Source of the DNA: Anaerocolumna sp.
GTDB lineage: Bacteria; Bacillota; Clostridia; Lachnospirales; Lachnospiraceae
DNA: 64,000 nucleotides
Direction: 5' to 3'
Assembly (NCBI GenBank): GCA_029239455.1
Contig: JAQZAX010000001.1
Span: 3,539 to 67,538 of the forward strand
Position 1 is the first letter of the stretch. Every line of letters begins with the position of its first letter. The notes beneath the pieces were generated by a model. The model was not told the DNA's origin. It searched no databases and worked only from the letters and a program-made list of their open reading frames with translations. The translations under genes were made by a program, and so were the position numbers. This document shows, in pieces, positions 47,795-57,395 of the stretch.

Positions 47795-48799
47795 CTATGC
47801 TTTTCTAATGAATTTACCTATTGTTTTCATAAGTTTCGTGTTGCCGGAAACTGTTCTGGCTGCCACAGTAACTACTAATAACAAACCAATTGGAATATCC
47901 AGATACTGGGTAGGTAACCCCGCCATAACTAATCCAAATCGCATTATTCCTATCACGACTGCTGCTAAGGCTGTTCCTAAAACTCCACCTTTTCCACCTA
48001 GGTTAGAAGTTCCGCCTAGTACTACTGCTGTTATAATTGGAAGTGTTAATTCTTTACCTAGATCCGCTCTAGCTGAACCAAGATAACTTGTTAATACAAT
48101 TCCAGCAATAGAAGCACTCATTCCAGAGAGTATATAGGTACTCATAATAATTAATTTCGTTTTGATACCGGAATATATAGCAGCATTTCTGTTAATTCCA
48201 CAGAGGAATATATACCTGCCATATTTCGTTTTATGTAGTAAAATATAACTTAATATAATTAAGACCACGAATATAATAACTTGATTTGGTATTCCAAGTG
48301 TTTTGCTGGTTGCAAGAGAGATAAATGAGTTTGGAAATCCACATATTCCCTCAAAAGCACTGGAAGATGATAATTTAACTACTGCAAGTGCGATACCCGA
48401 ATAGAGAAACTGCCCACCCAAGGTAACTACCATTGCCTGTACACCGGTAAATGCTACTAAAAATCCACTAATGGCACCGCAAACTGCTCCAATCAAAACT
48501 GCAATAATTGCTGCTGTCCAAATATTTAGTCCGGCATCCTGCCATAAAACCCCCAATGAAATTGATGTTAATCCAACAATGGAACCTGCTTGGATATCCA
48601 TTCCCCCTGTTATAAATACAAAGGTTACAAACAGAGAAATAATACAAATAGATATAAAATCATTGATACTTCCTAATAATACCCTGGATTGCAGGAATTT
48701 AGGATTTAACAATCCAAATATAAGAATTTCCGTTATCAAAATGAGAATAAGAAAATTCTCCCATTGAAATAGTTTTTCTTTTAATAGTCTCTTATTCAT
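47795..48799 (-). CDS. lsrD: AI-2 ABC transporter permease
   Basis: Sugar permease motifs (ITAVVLGGTS..GG.G); position in lsrACDB. Confidence 0.85.
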   Translation of the reverse strand: MNKRLLKEKLFQWENFLILILITEILIFGLLNPKFLQSRVLLGSINDFISICIISLFVTFVFITGGMDIQAGSIVGLTSISLGVLWQDAGLNIWTAAIIAVLIGAVCGAISGFLVAFTGVQAMVVTLGGQFLYSGIALAVVKLSSSSAFEGICGFPNSFISLATSKTLGIPNQVIIFVVLIILSYILLHKTKYGRYIFLCGINRNAAIYSGIKTKLIIMSTYILSGMSASIAGIVLTSYLGSARADLGKELTLPIITAVVLGGTSNLGGKGGVLGTALAAVVIGIMRFGLVMAGLPTQYLDIPIGLLLVVTVAARTVSGNTKLMKTIGKFIRKA

Positions 48800-49808
48800 C
48801 GCATTTACCTCCTACTCCTGATAACGTTCTTGCTGATAATCTCTCTCTACGAGCCTTTTCACATATACGTCTTTGAATCAGGGAGTCTGCAACTACAATA
48901 ACAATAAGTAAAATACCTGTAATTGTATTGTCGTAATCTGAAGAAAATTGTAAAAATACCAGTACACGACTGATGGAAGCCATAATGACTGCCCCTATTG
49001 TCGCGCCAATCACTGTTCCAACTCCACCTGCTAAACTAATTCCCCCTAATACACAGGCTGCAATGGCTTTCATTTCATATCCACTTCCTGCTGTAGGAGT
49101 AACAAAGCCTACGCGGCTTACATAAACAATTCCTGCTATGGCAGCAAAAATTCCGCTAACAATATACGCAATAACTTTTGTACTATCCACCGGAATACCA
49201 ATGAGATTAGCCCCTTGCATGTTATCACCAACTGCTGCAAAGTGACGTCCCTGTTTGGTTTTCGTCAGTATCAGATGAACTGCTAGCATAAACACTATTG
49301 TACAGAAGAAGAAATAAGTTACTGTATTAAATATGCTTGCTTGTGAAAGTGCCTTAAATTCAAATGGAACATTTTCAACCCATTTACCATCCGTATATAC
49401 ATAAATAGCACCTCTTACAATACCATTGATACCAAGTGTCATAATAATGGAAGGTACCTTTAATACTGTTACACCTATCCCATTAATAAGACCAACACCG
49501 ACACCAACTGCTACTGCTGCAATCACTGCTACAACCCACGGGCTTCCACCTCTTAACAAGGTTGCTGAAACTGCCGCCGCTAATCCAAGCGTAGCTCCAA
49601 TGGAAACATCTATTTCACCAGTTATAATAACAAAAGATATACCTACAGCTAAAAGTACAAATACAACACTTCCATTAAACGTCAGAAACAAGTTCCTTAT
49701 CTGTAAAAACGCAGGATTTACTGCTCCAACAATCAAAAACATAACCAACAAAAATGTTAAGGAAGAAAGTTCTCTTGCTTTAAAAATTCTTTTTAAAGTA
49801 TTCATCAA
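48792..49808 (-). CDS. lsrC: AI-2 ABC transporter permease
   Basis: IDVSIG, GKWVE..P, EMKAIAACVLGGISL.GG. Confidence 0.88.
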   Translation of the reverse strand: MMNTLKRIFKARELSSLTFLLVMFLIVGAVNPAFLQIRNLFLTFNGSVVFVLLAVGISFVIITGEIDVSIGATLGLAAAVSATLLRGGSPWVVAVIAAVAVGVGVGLINGIGVTVLKVPSIIMTLGINGIVRGAIYVYTDGKWVENVPFEFKALSQASIFNTVTYFFFCTIVFMLAVHLILTKTKQGRHFAAVGDNMQGANLIGIPVDSTKVIAYIVSGIFAAIAGIVYVSRVGFVTPTAGSGYEMKAIAACVLGGISLAGGVGTVIGATIGAVIMASISRVLVFLQFSSDYDNTITGILLIVIVVADSLIQRRICEKARRERLSARTLSGVGGKCDE

Positions 49809-51319
49809 TGATTGTCCTCCTCATATACACCAAATGAAGCTGCTGTTAAATTATCAAGATTAATTTGTTCCTTATTAAAACTATGATTGATAGAACCTTG
49901 ATACATAATCACCGCACGATCGCTTAATTCAACAATCTCCTCAAAATCAGATGATATAAGCAAAACAGCTACCCCTTGCTTCTTTAGTTGATTAATAATT
50001 GTATATACATCCCCTCTTGCACCGGCATCAATACCTCGGGTAGGTTCATCTAAAATTACTACTTTGGGTGATGTTGACAATGCTCTTCCAATAACTACTT
50101 TCTGCTGGTTACCGCCAGATAGTGAACCCATAATTTGATTCTGTCCGGTTACCTTTATTCTAAAATTCTTAATATAATCTTCTGCTAATTGTTTCTCTGA
50201 TTTCGTATTTAAAAAGAATTTACTGCTCTTTCTAAGAAATGCGGATGAAAGATTAGATCCTACATCACCAATTTTAAAAATACCATTTTGATATCTATCT
50301 TCTGGTACATAATTTATTCCCTTGTCCAAAACTGTTCTTGTAGAAGCACCCGTTATATCTTCACCATCCATAATAACCTGACCGGATTTCACTTCATCTA
50401 ACCCAAAAATAGTAGTCGCAAATTCTGTTCGTCCAGCACCAACCACTCCAGCGACACCAAGAATCTCACCAGGATATACTTCTAAATTAATATTTCTAAA
50501 TCCATATCCCGTAATTTTTTTTACTTCTAATATTGGTTTCAGTTTTGAATAATCAATGGCTTCTGATTTTTCACTGGTTTTCATTTTTGTTTCAGGAGGC
50601 AACAACCCTTTTACTAAATCATCTTTTGTAAAATCAGTTACAGGTCCCTTTAATGTAATCATTCCGTCTCTCATAATAGCCACGTGAGTAGCAATTTCAA
50701 AAACTTCAGATAACCTGTGGGTTATGTAAAAAATGCAAATTCCTTTTTTCTTTAAGTCTTCTATTAATTTAAATAATGATTCTACTTCATTAAATGTCAG
50801 CGAAGAAGTTGGTTCATCTAATATTAATATTTTTGTATCTCTGAGCAGCCCCCTTAGAATCTCAACTAATTGTTGTTCTGCAATTGAAAGTGTATTTGCC
50901 TTACGGTCCAATTTTATTTTCCAACCCAATTGATCCATGATTCCAACAATTCTTGTATGTAACTCAGCTTTTTTATTAGGGAATCCTATTGTTATATTCT
51001 CCTCTACCGTCATATTAGGAAATAGCATCGGTTCCTGAGGGACTAAATAAATGCCATGAGTTAGTGCTACTGAAGGTTTTATCATATTTACTTTTTCTCC
51101 ATTTAAGTAAATATCTCCTTTGTCTTGCTGATAGATACCCATAATTATCTTCATCAAAGTGCTCTTTCCAGCACCATTACCGCCAATCAAAGCCACTACT
51201 TCTCCACGCTTAACGTCTAAATCAATTCCTTTTAATACTGAGTTTGATGAAAAACATTTGCATATACCATGTAATGAAATCATTGTATCGCTAATAGGTG
51301 GTTCCCCAATCACTTGCAT
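49805..51319 (-). CDS. lsrA: AI-2 ABC transporter ATPase (tandem NBD)
   Basis: GGNGAGKST, IYLVPQEP, LSGGNQQKV, DEPTRG; start refined to 51319. Confidence 0.9.
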   Translation of the reverse strand: MQVIGEPPISDTMISLHGICKCFSSNSVLKGIDLDVKRGEVVALIGGNGAGKSTLMKIIMGIYQQDKGDIYLNGEKVNMIKPSVALTHGIYLVPQEPMLFPNMTVEENITIGFPNKKAELHTRIVGIMDQLGWKIKLDRKANTLSIAEQQLVEILRGLLRDTKILILDEPTSSLTFNEVESLFKLIEDLKKKGICIFYITHRLSEVFEIATHVAIMRDGMITLKGPVTDFTKDDLVKGLLPPETKMKTSEKSEAIDYSKLKPILEVKKITGYGFRNINLEVYPGEILGVAGVVGAGRTEFATTIFGLDEVKSGQVIMDGEDITGASTRTVLDKGINYVPEDRYQNGIFKIGDVGSNLSSAFLRKSSKFFLNTKSEKQLAEDYIKNFRIKVTGQNQIMGSLSGGNQQKVVIGRALSTSPKVVILDEPTRGIDAGARGDVYTIINQLKKQGVAVLLISSDFEEIVELSDRAVIMYQGSINHSFNKEQINLDNLTAASFGVYEEDNH

Positions 51320-51370
51320 TTCTCTTCCTCCTATCATAAAATTAGCACATTTGTTATTGCCAGTAAATTT

Positions 51371-51384
51371 TGTTATCGTTTTCT
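51371..51384. promoter_or_regulatory. Candidate cre (CcpA/LacI-type) site at lsrA transcription start
   Basis: TGTTATCGTTTTCT, one mismatch to TGWNANCGNTNWCA, just 3' of the -10 box. Confidence 0.5.
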
Positions 51385-51391
51385 TGACTAA

Positions 51392-51420
51392 ATGATAAGA
51401 CATTTTAATAGTTTTGTCAA
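51392..51420 (-). promoter_or_regulatory. Sigma-A promoter for lsrACDBF
   Basis: TTGACA-17 nt-TATCAT. Confidence 0.65.
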
Positions 51421-51595
51421 CATATAAAAATAAATATTTTATAACTGTTTTTTCACGTAAGCGTTTTTTCTATGTTCATATTGTACAATATTATACTTGG
51501 TATTTATTTCTATATGGTTAGTTTACCCACTTTCAGTTTGGTATACACTGAATTTTATATGCAATAGTGCATCATTTTACATCAAAAGATTAATA

Positions 51596-51624
51596 TTGAC
51601 ATATTATATAGAAACTGCTATACT
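51596..51624 (+). promoter_or_regulatory. Sigma-A promoter for lsrR-lsrK-cupin
   Basis: TTGACA-17 nt-TATACT with extended TG. Confidence 0.75.
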
Positions 51625-51729
51625 TTTAAAAAAGAGAATCATATGTTTTGATTGGAAACAAATGATTCATTTTCACATCAATTTAAAACAAATGTTTTGA
51701 TGCAATATAAATGAAGGGGGAAACACACT

Positions 51730-52659
51730 ATGGACAGAACAGAAAAGGAATTCGAAGAAAGCTTAATGGCTAAAATAGCCTGGTACTATTATTTAGAAAA
51801 TATGACCCAGCAAAGTATTGCCGATATTTTAGGAATTTCTCGAATGAGAGTAATTAAGCTTCTAGATAAAGCAAGGGAAACCGGAATTGTGCAATTTCAA
51901 ATACGTGCCAATCCGAGTAAGCGAATTGAATTAGAGCAATCATTAATTCAGAAGTATCACCTAAAGGATATCTATGTAGTACCTACGAATCCAAACAGCG
52001 AAGACGTAAATGAGACAATAGCAAAAGCAGCTGCCATGTATATAAGCAATCGTATCTCTGATAATTGCTTTATTAATTTTGGATATGGTGATACTCCATC
52101 CAGAACTTTGAATCATCTTGCTACTAATGTAGATTCTACTGTATCTTATGTATCCTTAACCGGTGGTGTTCGATATTATTTACCGAATACACAATCTAAT
52201 ATTTTTAATGCTAAACTTTATTTGATGCCTTCGCCACTTATTGCATCTTCCCAAGAGATGGCAGAAGCGATGAAAAACGAAGCCTCCATCCAAGAAATTT
52301 CAAGTATGATAAAGCTTGCAAGTATGACCATCGTCGGAATTGGTTCGATGAGCGAAGATGCTACTATACTAAAATCCTCAATCCTCACCCAAAACGATTT
52401 CATATTATTACGTATGCAAGGTGCCGTTGGGGATATATTATCTCACTTTATAGATAAGGACGGAAACCTAATAGATACGGAAATTGACTCAAGATTAATC
52501 AGTACTCCGCTTCCATTATTAAGAGAATTAAACAATGTAATAGGTGTTGCCGCTGGAGAAAGCAAGATTTCTGCAATTAACGCAACTCTAAAAGGTAAAT
52601 ACCTTGATATTCTAATTACCGATGAGAATACAGCACAGAAATTAATCGATTTAGATTAA
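51730..52659 (+). CDS. lsrR: LsrR (SorC/DeoR-type) repressor
   Basis: AKIAWYYY...TQ..IA..LGISR..V.KLL, IVGIG, GAVGDIL, LITDE; divergent from lsrA. Confidence 0.9.
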   Translation: MDRTEKEFEESLMAKIAWYYYLENMTQQSIADILGISRMRVIKLLDKARETGIVQFQIRANPSKRIELEQSLIQKYHLKDIYVVPTNPNSEDVNETIAKAAAMYISNRISDNCFINFGYGDTPSRTLNHLATNVDSTVSYVSLTGGVRYYLPNTQSNIFNAKLYLMPSPLIASSQEMAEAMKNEASIQEISSMIKLASMTIVGIGSMSEDATILKSSILTQNDFILLRMQGAVGDILSHFIDKDGNLIDTEIDSRLISTPLPLLRELNNVIGVAAGESKISAINATLKGKYLDILITDENTAQKLIDLD

Positions 52660-52696
52660 CCTAAGAAGCGCAAATATTATAAAAGGAGGAAGGATT

Positions 52697-54265
52697 ATGG
52701 GTGATAAAAGCTACTTAATGGCCATAGACGCCGGTACGGGTAGCGTACGAGCTGTTATCTTTGACACAGATGGTAATCAGCTTGCTGTTTCGCAAAAAGA
52801 ATGGGAGCACAAGGAAGATCCCCGCTTCCCAGGTTCTATGGATTTTGATTGGGTTTACAATTGGGAATTAGCAGCCGGATGTATCAGAGATGTATTGAAG
52901 CAGACCGGAATCTCTGCAAACCATATTGCAGGTATTTCTACAACAAGTATGCGAGAAGGTATCGTCTTATACGATAAGAATGATAAGGAAATCTGGGCAT
53001 GTGCCAACGTGGATGCACGTTCAGAAGACGAAGTAATTCAATTGATAGAGCAATCCCCTACCTTAGAGAAGGAAATATACAATATTTCAGGTCAAACCTA
53101 TGCGCTTGGTGCATTACCACGAATTCTCTGGGTAAAAAATAAAATGCCTGAAGTTTATGAAAAGGTTGCAACAGTTACTATGTTTAACGATTGGCTCATT
53201 TACAAACTAACCGGAGTATTATCTACCGAACCAAGTAACGGTTGTACATCAGGTGTTTTTGACCTACAAAAACGATTATGGGATACATCCATAGCTGATA
53301 AATGCGGAATCAAAAATACTATATTCCCACCGGTTTATGAAAGCGGTACCATCGTAGCAAATGTAAACCATGAAGCGGCTGAATTAACAGGGCTGTCAGA
53401 GGGTACTCCTGTAGTCGCTGGAGGCGGTGATGCACAGCTTGGCTGCATTGGTGTTGGCGTTGTATCACCATCTCAGGCAGCAGTTATGGGTGGTAGTTTT
53501 TGGCAATACGAGTATAATACCGATACTATAAAAACAGATTCTGAATGCCGGGTTCGTCTAAACTGCCATGCCCTTCCTAATCTATGGCAATATGAAGCTA
53601 TCGCTTTTTATCCCGGCTTAATAATGCGTTGGTATCGGGATGGTTTCTGCCAGCTCGAAAAGGAAAGAGCTGAACAGACCGGAAAAGATCCCTATTATTA
53701 CATGAATCAAGAAGCAGAAAAAATTCCTGCAGGCTGCTACGGTATGATGTGTACCTTTTCAGATACAATGAATTATATTAATTGGAAGCATGCAGCCCCT
53801 ACTTTTACTAATTTTGCAATAAATGCAGAAAAGTTTAACCGCTACACCTTCTATCGGGCTATTATGGAAAATGCAGCTTTGGTTACAAAAGGTAATATGG
53901 AATTAGTAGCCTCACTCACAGGAAATACGCCAAAAGAAATTGTATTTGCGTCCGGAGCTTCCAAAAGTCCTCTATGGTGCCAGATATTATCTGATGTTTT
54001 AGGATTACCAGTACATATACCAAAAGTAAAAGAAGCAACAGCTCTCGGTGCAGCCATTCTTGCTGGTATAGGAATAGGAATTTATGATAATGTGGAAAGT
54101 GCAATTAAGAAAATCGTTCAAATTGAGGAAACCTACTATCCTAATTCCAATAACCACGTGCTATACACTGAGATGTACAGCCAATGGAAAAAGGTATACG
54201 TGGCACAGCTTAGCCTGTGCGATCAAAAACTAACAAAGAATATGTGGATAGCTCCGGGAATATAA
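52697..54265 (+). CDS. lsrK: AI-2 kinase (FGGY family)
   Basis: YLMAIDAGTGSVRAVIFD, PGSMDFD, WACANVDAR, GGGDAQLG, W.APG C-terminus. Confidence 0.93.
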   Translation: MGDKSYLMAIDAGTGSVRAVIFDTDGNQLAVSQKEWEHKEDPRFPGSMDFDWVYNWELAAGCIRDVLKQTGISANHIAGISTTSMREGIVLYDKNDKEIWACANVDARSEDEVIQLIEQSPTLEKEIYNISGQTYALGALPRILWVKNKMPEVYEKVATVTMFNDWLIYKLTGVLSTEPSNGCTSGVFDLQKRLWDTSIADKCGIKNTIFPPVYESGTIVANVNHEAAELTGLSEGTPVVAGGGDAQLGCIGVGVVSPSQAAVMGGSFWQYEYNTDTIKTDSECRVRLNCHALPNLWQYEAIAFYPGLIMRWYRDGFCQLEKERAEQTGKDPYYYMNQEAEKIPAGCYGMMCTFSDTMNYINWKHAAPTFTNFAINAEKFNRYTFYRAIMENAALVTKGNMELVASLTGNTPKEIVFASGASKSPLWCQILSDVLGLPVHIPKVKEATALGAAILAGIGIGIYDNVESAIKKIVQIEETYYPNSNNHVLYTEMYSQWKKVYVAQLSLCDQKLTKNMWIAPGI

Positions 54266-54349
54266 TTCTATCCATTTCTTATTTAAATTTAACATACTAA
54301 AAATTATAGTGTTTTACAGTTACTAATTTTATTTAGAGGAGGCATACTA

Positions 54350-54688
54350 ATGTTTATAGTTGATGAAAAAGATTACGAATACCGCTTTGGAGATAGCGGT
54401 CCAAAATACTTAATGCGTGGACCACGTATGAATTTTGCAATTGTACAGTTTCAAGCAGGTCAAGACTTTAAGGCTCATTATCATAATGTTATGGAGGAAG
54501 ATTTTTACATACTCGAAGGAGAAGTTGACATCATTGTTGATGGAACAAAATATACTTTAACACAAGGTCAATTAATACATATCGAACCAAGTGAAGTACA
54601 TTATGTAGTTAATAATTCCAACTCTGTAGTCAGAATGGTCTCTACACTTGCTCCCTATCAGGAAGTTGATAAAGTAGAAGTAGATTAG
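54350..54688 (+). CDS. Cupin-domain protein
   Basis: AHYH...EEDFYILEG...G....I.P.EVH cupin metal motif; GAGGAGG SD. Confidence 0.88.
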   Translation: MFIVDEKDYEYRFGDSGPKYLMRGPRMNFAIVQFQAGQDFKAHYHNVMEEDFYILEGEVDIIVDGTKYTLTQGQLIHIEPSEVHYVVNNSNSVVRMVSTLAPYQEVDKVEVD

Positions 54689-54761
54689 GTGTCAGGCACC
54701 ATGAACAAAAAATGAACAAATCTTCCGATTTGTTCATTTTTTGTTCATGGTGCCTGACACC
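54688..54761. repeat. 74-bp perfect palindrome, REPIN-like, copy 2
   Basis: Identical to 45414..45487; between convergent cupin and aspartokinase stops. Confidence 0.97.
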
Positions 54762-54768
54762 GGTTAGT

Positions 54769-55977
54769 TTATGCCAAACTAAATTTATCATGAACCGCCT
54801 TCATCGCCTGATCAACATAGCTTTCATCAATAAGAACAGTAACTCTGATTTCCGAAGTGGAGATCATCTTAATATTAACTCCTGCATCATATAAAGCTTC
54901 AAACATCTTAGCTGCTACTCCTGCATTTGTCATCATACCAGCACCAACGATAGATACTTTTGCTACGTTCTTTTCTACATCAATACCGTGACATTTCAGG
55001 CTGCCTTCTCTGTGGCGCTCTAAGATTTCAACTGCTTCATCTACATTATCTTCTGAAACAGTAAAGCTAATGTCTTTTGTTCCATCACGTCCAACTGACT
55101 GAAGAATAATATCAACGTTAATGTTGTGTTTTGCTAAATGATTGAATAATTTAAAGGCTACCCCCGGTTGATCTTCTAATCCCATAACAGCGATACGAGC
55201 TGTATTTCTATCAGCAGCTACACCACTCACAAGCAATTTTTCCATACTTACTTCCTCCTTGACTATCGTTCCTTCGGTATTATTTAAACTTGAACGTACG
55301 ACTAATTGTACTCCATATTTTTTTGCCATCTCTACGGATCTGTTATGCAATACTCCGGCTCCTAAAGAGGCCAGTTCCAACATCTCATCATAAGTTATTT
55401 CTTCTATTTTTCTTGCGTTAGGAACAACTCTTGGGTCTGCAGTAAATACTCCGTCTACATCCGTATAAATCTCGCAGGCATCCGCATTTAGTGCTGCAGC
55501 TAATGCAACTGCTGTTGTATCCGAACCTCCTCTTCCAAGGGTGGTATAGTCATCCACTTGATTGATACCCTGGAATCCTGTAATAATTACAATCTTCTTG
55601 CTGGCAAGCTCATTTCTAATTCTCTCTGAATCAATTCGCTTCAATCTTGCGTTACTATACACCGAAGTTGTATGCATTGCAACCTGAAATGCATTTAACG
55701 ATATTGCAGGTACCCCTAAAGAATCAATTGCCATCGCCATTAGTGCAACAGAAATCTGTTCTCCTGTTGTAAGAAGCATATCAATTTCTCTCTTGGATGC
55801 ATTGGGATTAATCTCCCTTGCCTGTGTAAGTAATACATCTGTTTGCTTACCCATAGCAGATAGTACTACTACTACTTCATTGCCTTTTTTATATTCTTCG
55901 ACACATCTCCTGGCAACATTTAAAATTCTCTCCTTATCGGCTACTGATGTTCCACCGAATTTTTTTACTATTAGCAT
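54769..55977 (-). CDS. lysC: Aspartate kinase
   Basis: KFGGTSV, TTLGRGGSDTTA, DVDGV.TADPR, two ACT domains. Confidence 0.95.
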   Translation of the reverse strand: MLIVKKFGGTSVADKERILNVARRCVEEYKKGNEVVVVLSAMGKQTDVLLTQAREINPNASKREIDMLLTTGEQISVALMAMAIDSLGVPAISLNAFQVAMHTTSVYSNARLKRIDSERIRNELASKKIVIITGFQGINQVDDYTTLGRGGSDTTAVALAAALNADACEIYTDVDGVFTADPRVVPNARKIEEITYDEMLELASLGAGVLHNRSVEMAKKYGVQLVVRSSLNNTEGTIVKEEVSMEKLLVSGVAADRNTARIAVMGLEDQPGVAFKLFNHLAKHNINVDIILQSVGRDGTKDISFTVSEDNVDEAVEILERHREGSLKCHGIDVEKNVAKVSIVGAGMMTNAGVAAKMFEALYDAGVNIKMISTSEIRVTVLIDESYVDQAMKAVHDKFSLA

Positions 55978-56036
55978 ACTACGCCTCCTACTATTTTTAC
56001 TCTATATCAATGAAGATAACAAGCTAAAAATTATAA

Positions 56037-57236
56037 TTATGCAAATAATTTATGAATCATATCATATCCATGGGTAACTACGTTCCCGCTTCGTTTTGCA
56101 TCTGCCTCATTATAGTTAAGGTTTGATGTATTCTCATTGGAACTGTCATAAAACATATAGGGAACAGGATCACTTGTATGAGTCCTGCAAGCAATCGGAG
56201 TCGGATGATCCGGCATAACCAGAAGTCTATATTCTGCGCCTCTTCGGTCCATTTCCTCTTTCACTACCTTAATCACTCTTTCATCTAAATATTCGATTGC
56301 TTTTATTTTATTCAAGATACTGCCTTGATGACCCATCTCATCTGGTGCTTCTACATGAATATATGCAAAATCATAATCATTTTCTAAAAGTTCGTGTACA
56401 GCTGCCATAGCCTTTCCTTCATAATTCGTATGAAGTGTTCCATCTGCACCTTCCACTTCTACAACTTTCATGTCAGCTCCCACTGCAATTCCTTTTAATA
56501 AATCAACAGCGGAAATCATAACACCTTTTTTGCCAAACTTTTCTTCAAATGATGTAAGTGCCGGTCTTGTTCCAGCACCCCAAAACCATAAAGAATTCGC
56601 TTTATTTAAGCCTTTTTTTGCTCTCTCTATATTCAGTGGATGTTCATTTAAAATGTCATAGCTTTTTCTCATCATTTCTTTTAAATGTGCATCCTGGGGC
56701 AGGTATGCACTAATTACATTACCAAGGATATCGTGAGGTGGAGTTAAATCAACCACTTCCCCATTATCCCAGATAGTCAGATGACGATAGCTTGTCCCTA
56801 CATAATACTTGTATGTAGCATTTTCCAGTTCCTGTCTTACCGCTTCTAGCAATACGGCAGCGTCCTCTGTCGATATTTCACTGGAACTATGGTCAATCAT
56901 AGTTTTCTCTTCATATGGCAGAGAATCATCCGATAGCGTAACTATATTACATCGAAGTGCGATATCTGTTGGTATCATATCTACACCAATACTAAGGGCT
57001 TCTAAAGGCGATCTTCCCGTATAGTACTGTTTTGGATCATACCCAAGCACAGAGAGATTCGCAGTGTCACTTCCCGGTTTCATACCCTCTGGAATGGTAT
57101 GGCACAGACCTATCTCCGCCTTCTTTGATATTGCATCCATAGTTGGTGTTGTCGCATATTCTAAAGGAGTTTTGCCCTCAAGCGATTCAATAGGTTCATC
57201 TGACATGCCATCTCCTAAGACAATTATATATTTCAT
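56037..57236 (-). CDS. Cofactor-independent phosphoglycerate mutase-like protein (ApgM family; proposed homoserine kinase subgroup)
   Basis: GDGM.D, GSDTANL, GRSPLEA, HVEAPDE.GH, PDHPTP...H; sits between hom and aspartokinase. Confidence 0.85.
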   Translation of the reverse strand: MKYIIVLGDGMSDEPIESLEGKTPLEYATTPTMDAISKKAEIGLCHTIPEGMKPGSDTANLSVLGYDPKQYYTGRSPLEALSIGVDMIPTDIALRCNIVTLSDDSLPYEEKTMIDHSSSEISTEDAAVLLEAVRQELENATYKYYVGTSYRHLTIWDNGEVVDLTPPHDILGNVISAYLPQDAHLKEMMRKSYDILNEHPLNIERAKKGLNKANSLWFWGAGTRPALTSFEEKFGKKGVMISAVDLLKGIAVGADMKVVEVEGADGTLHTNYEGKAMAAVHELLENDYDFAYIHVEAPDEMGHQGSILNKIKAIEYLDERVIKVVKEEMDRRGAEYRLLVMPDHPTPIACRTHTSDPVPYMFYDSSNENTSNLNYNEADAKRSGNVVTHGYDMIHKLFA

Positions 57237-57237
57237 T

Positions 57238-57339
57238 TTTACACCATCTCATATCCCAGGTTTACCTGCGATACTGCCATAAATAAATATGTTGAAAGAA
57301 TCTATTTATGGCAATCCTTTCTCTTATCATATTTTCTTT
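57238..57339 (-). repeat. ~100-bp two-hairpin element, copy 2 (abuts apgM-like start)
   Basis: Aligns with 33758..33860. Confidence 0.9.
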
Positions 57340-57395
57340 AGGCTTTATCCTCCTGACTTTTCTATTACAAAGTCATAATAAGTAAATACTATATT

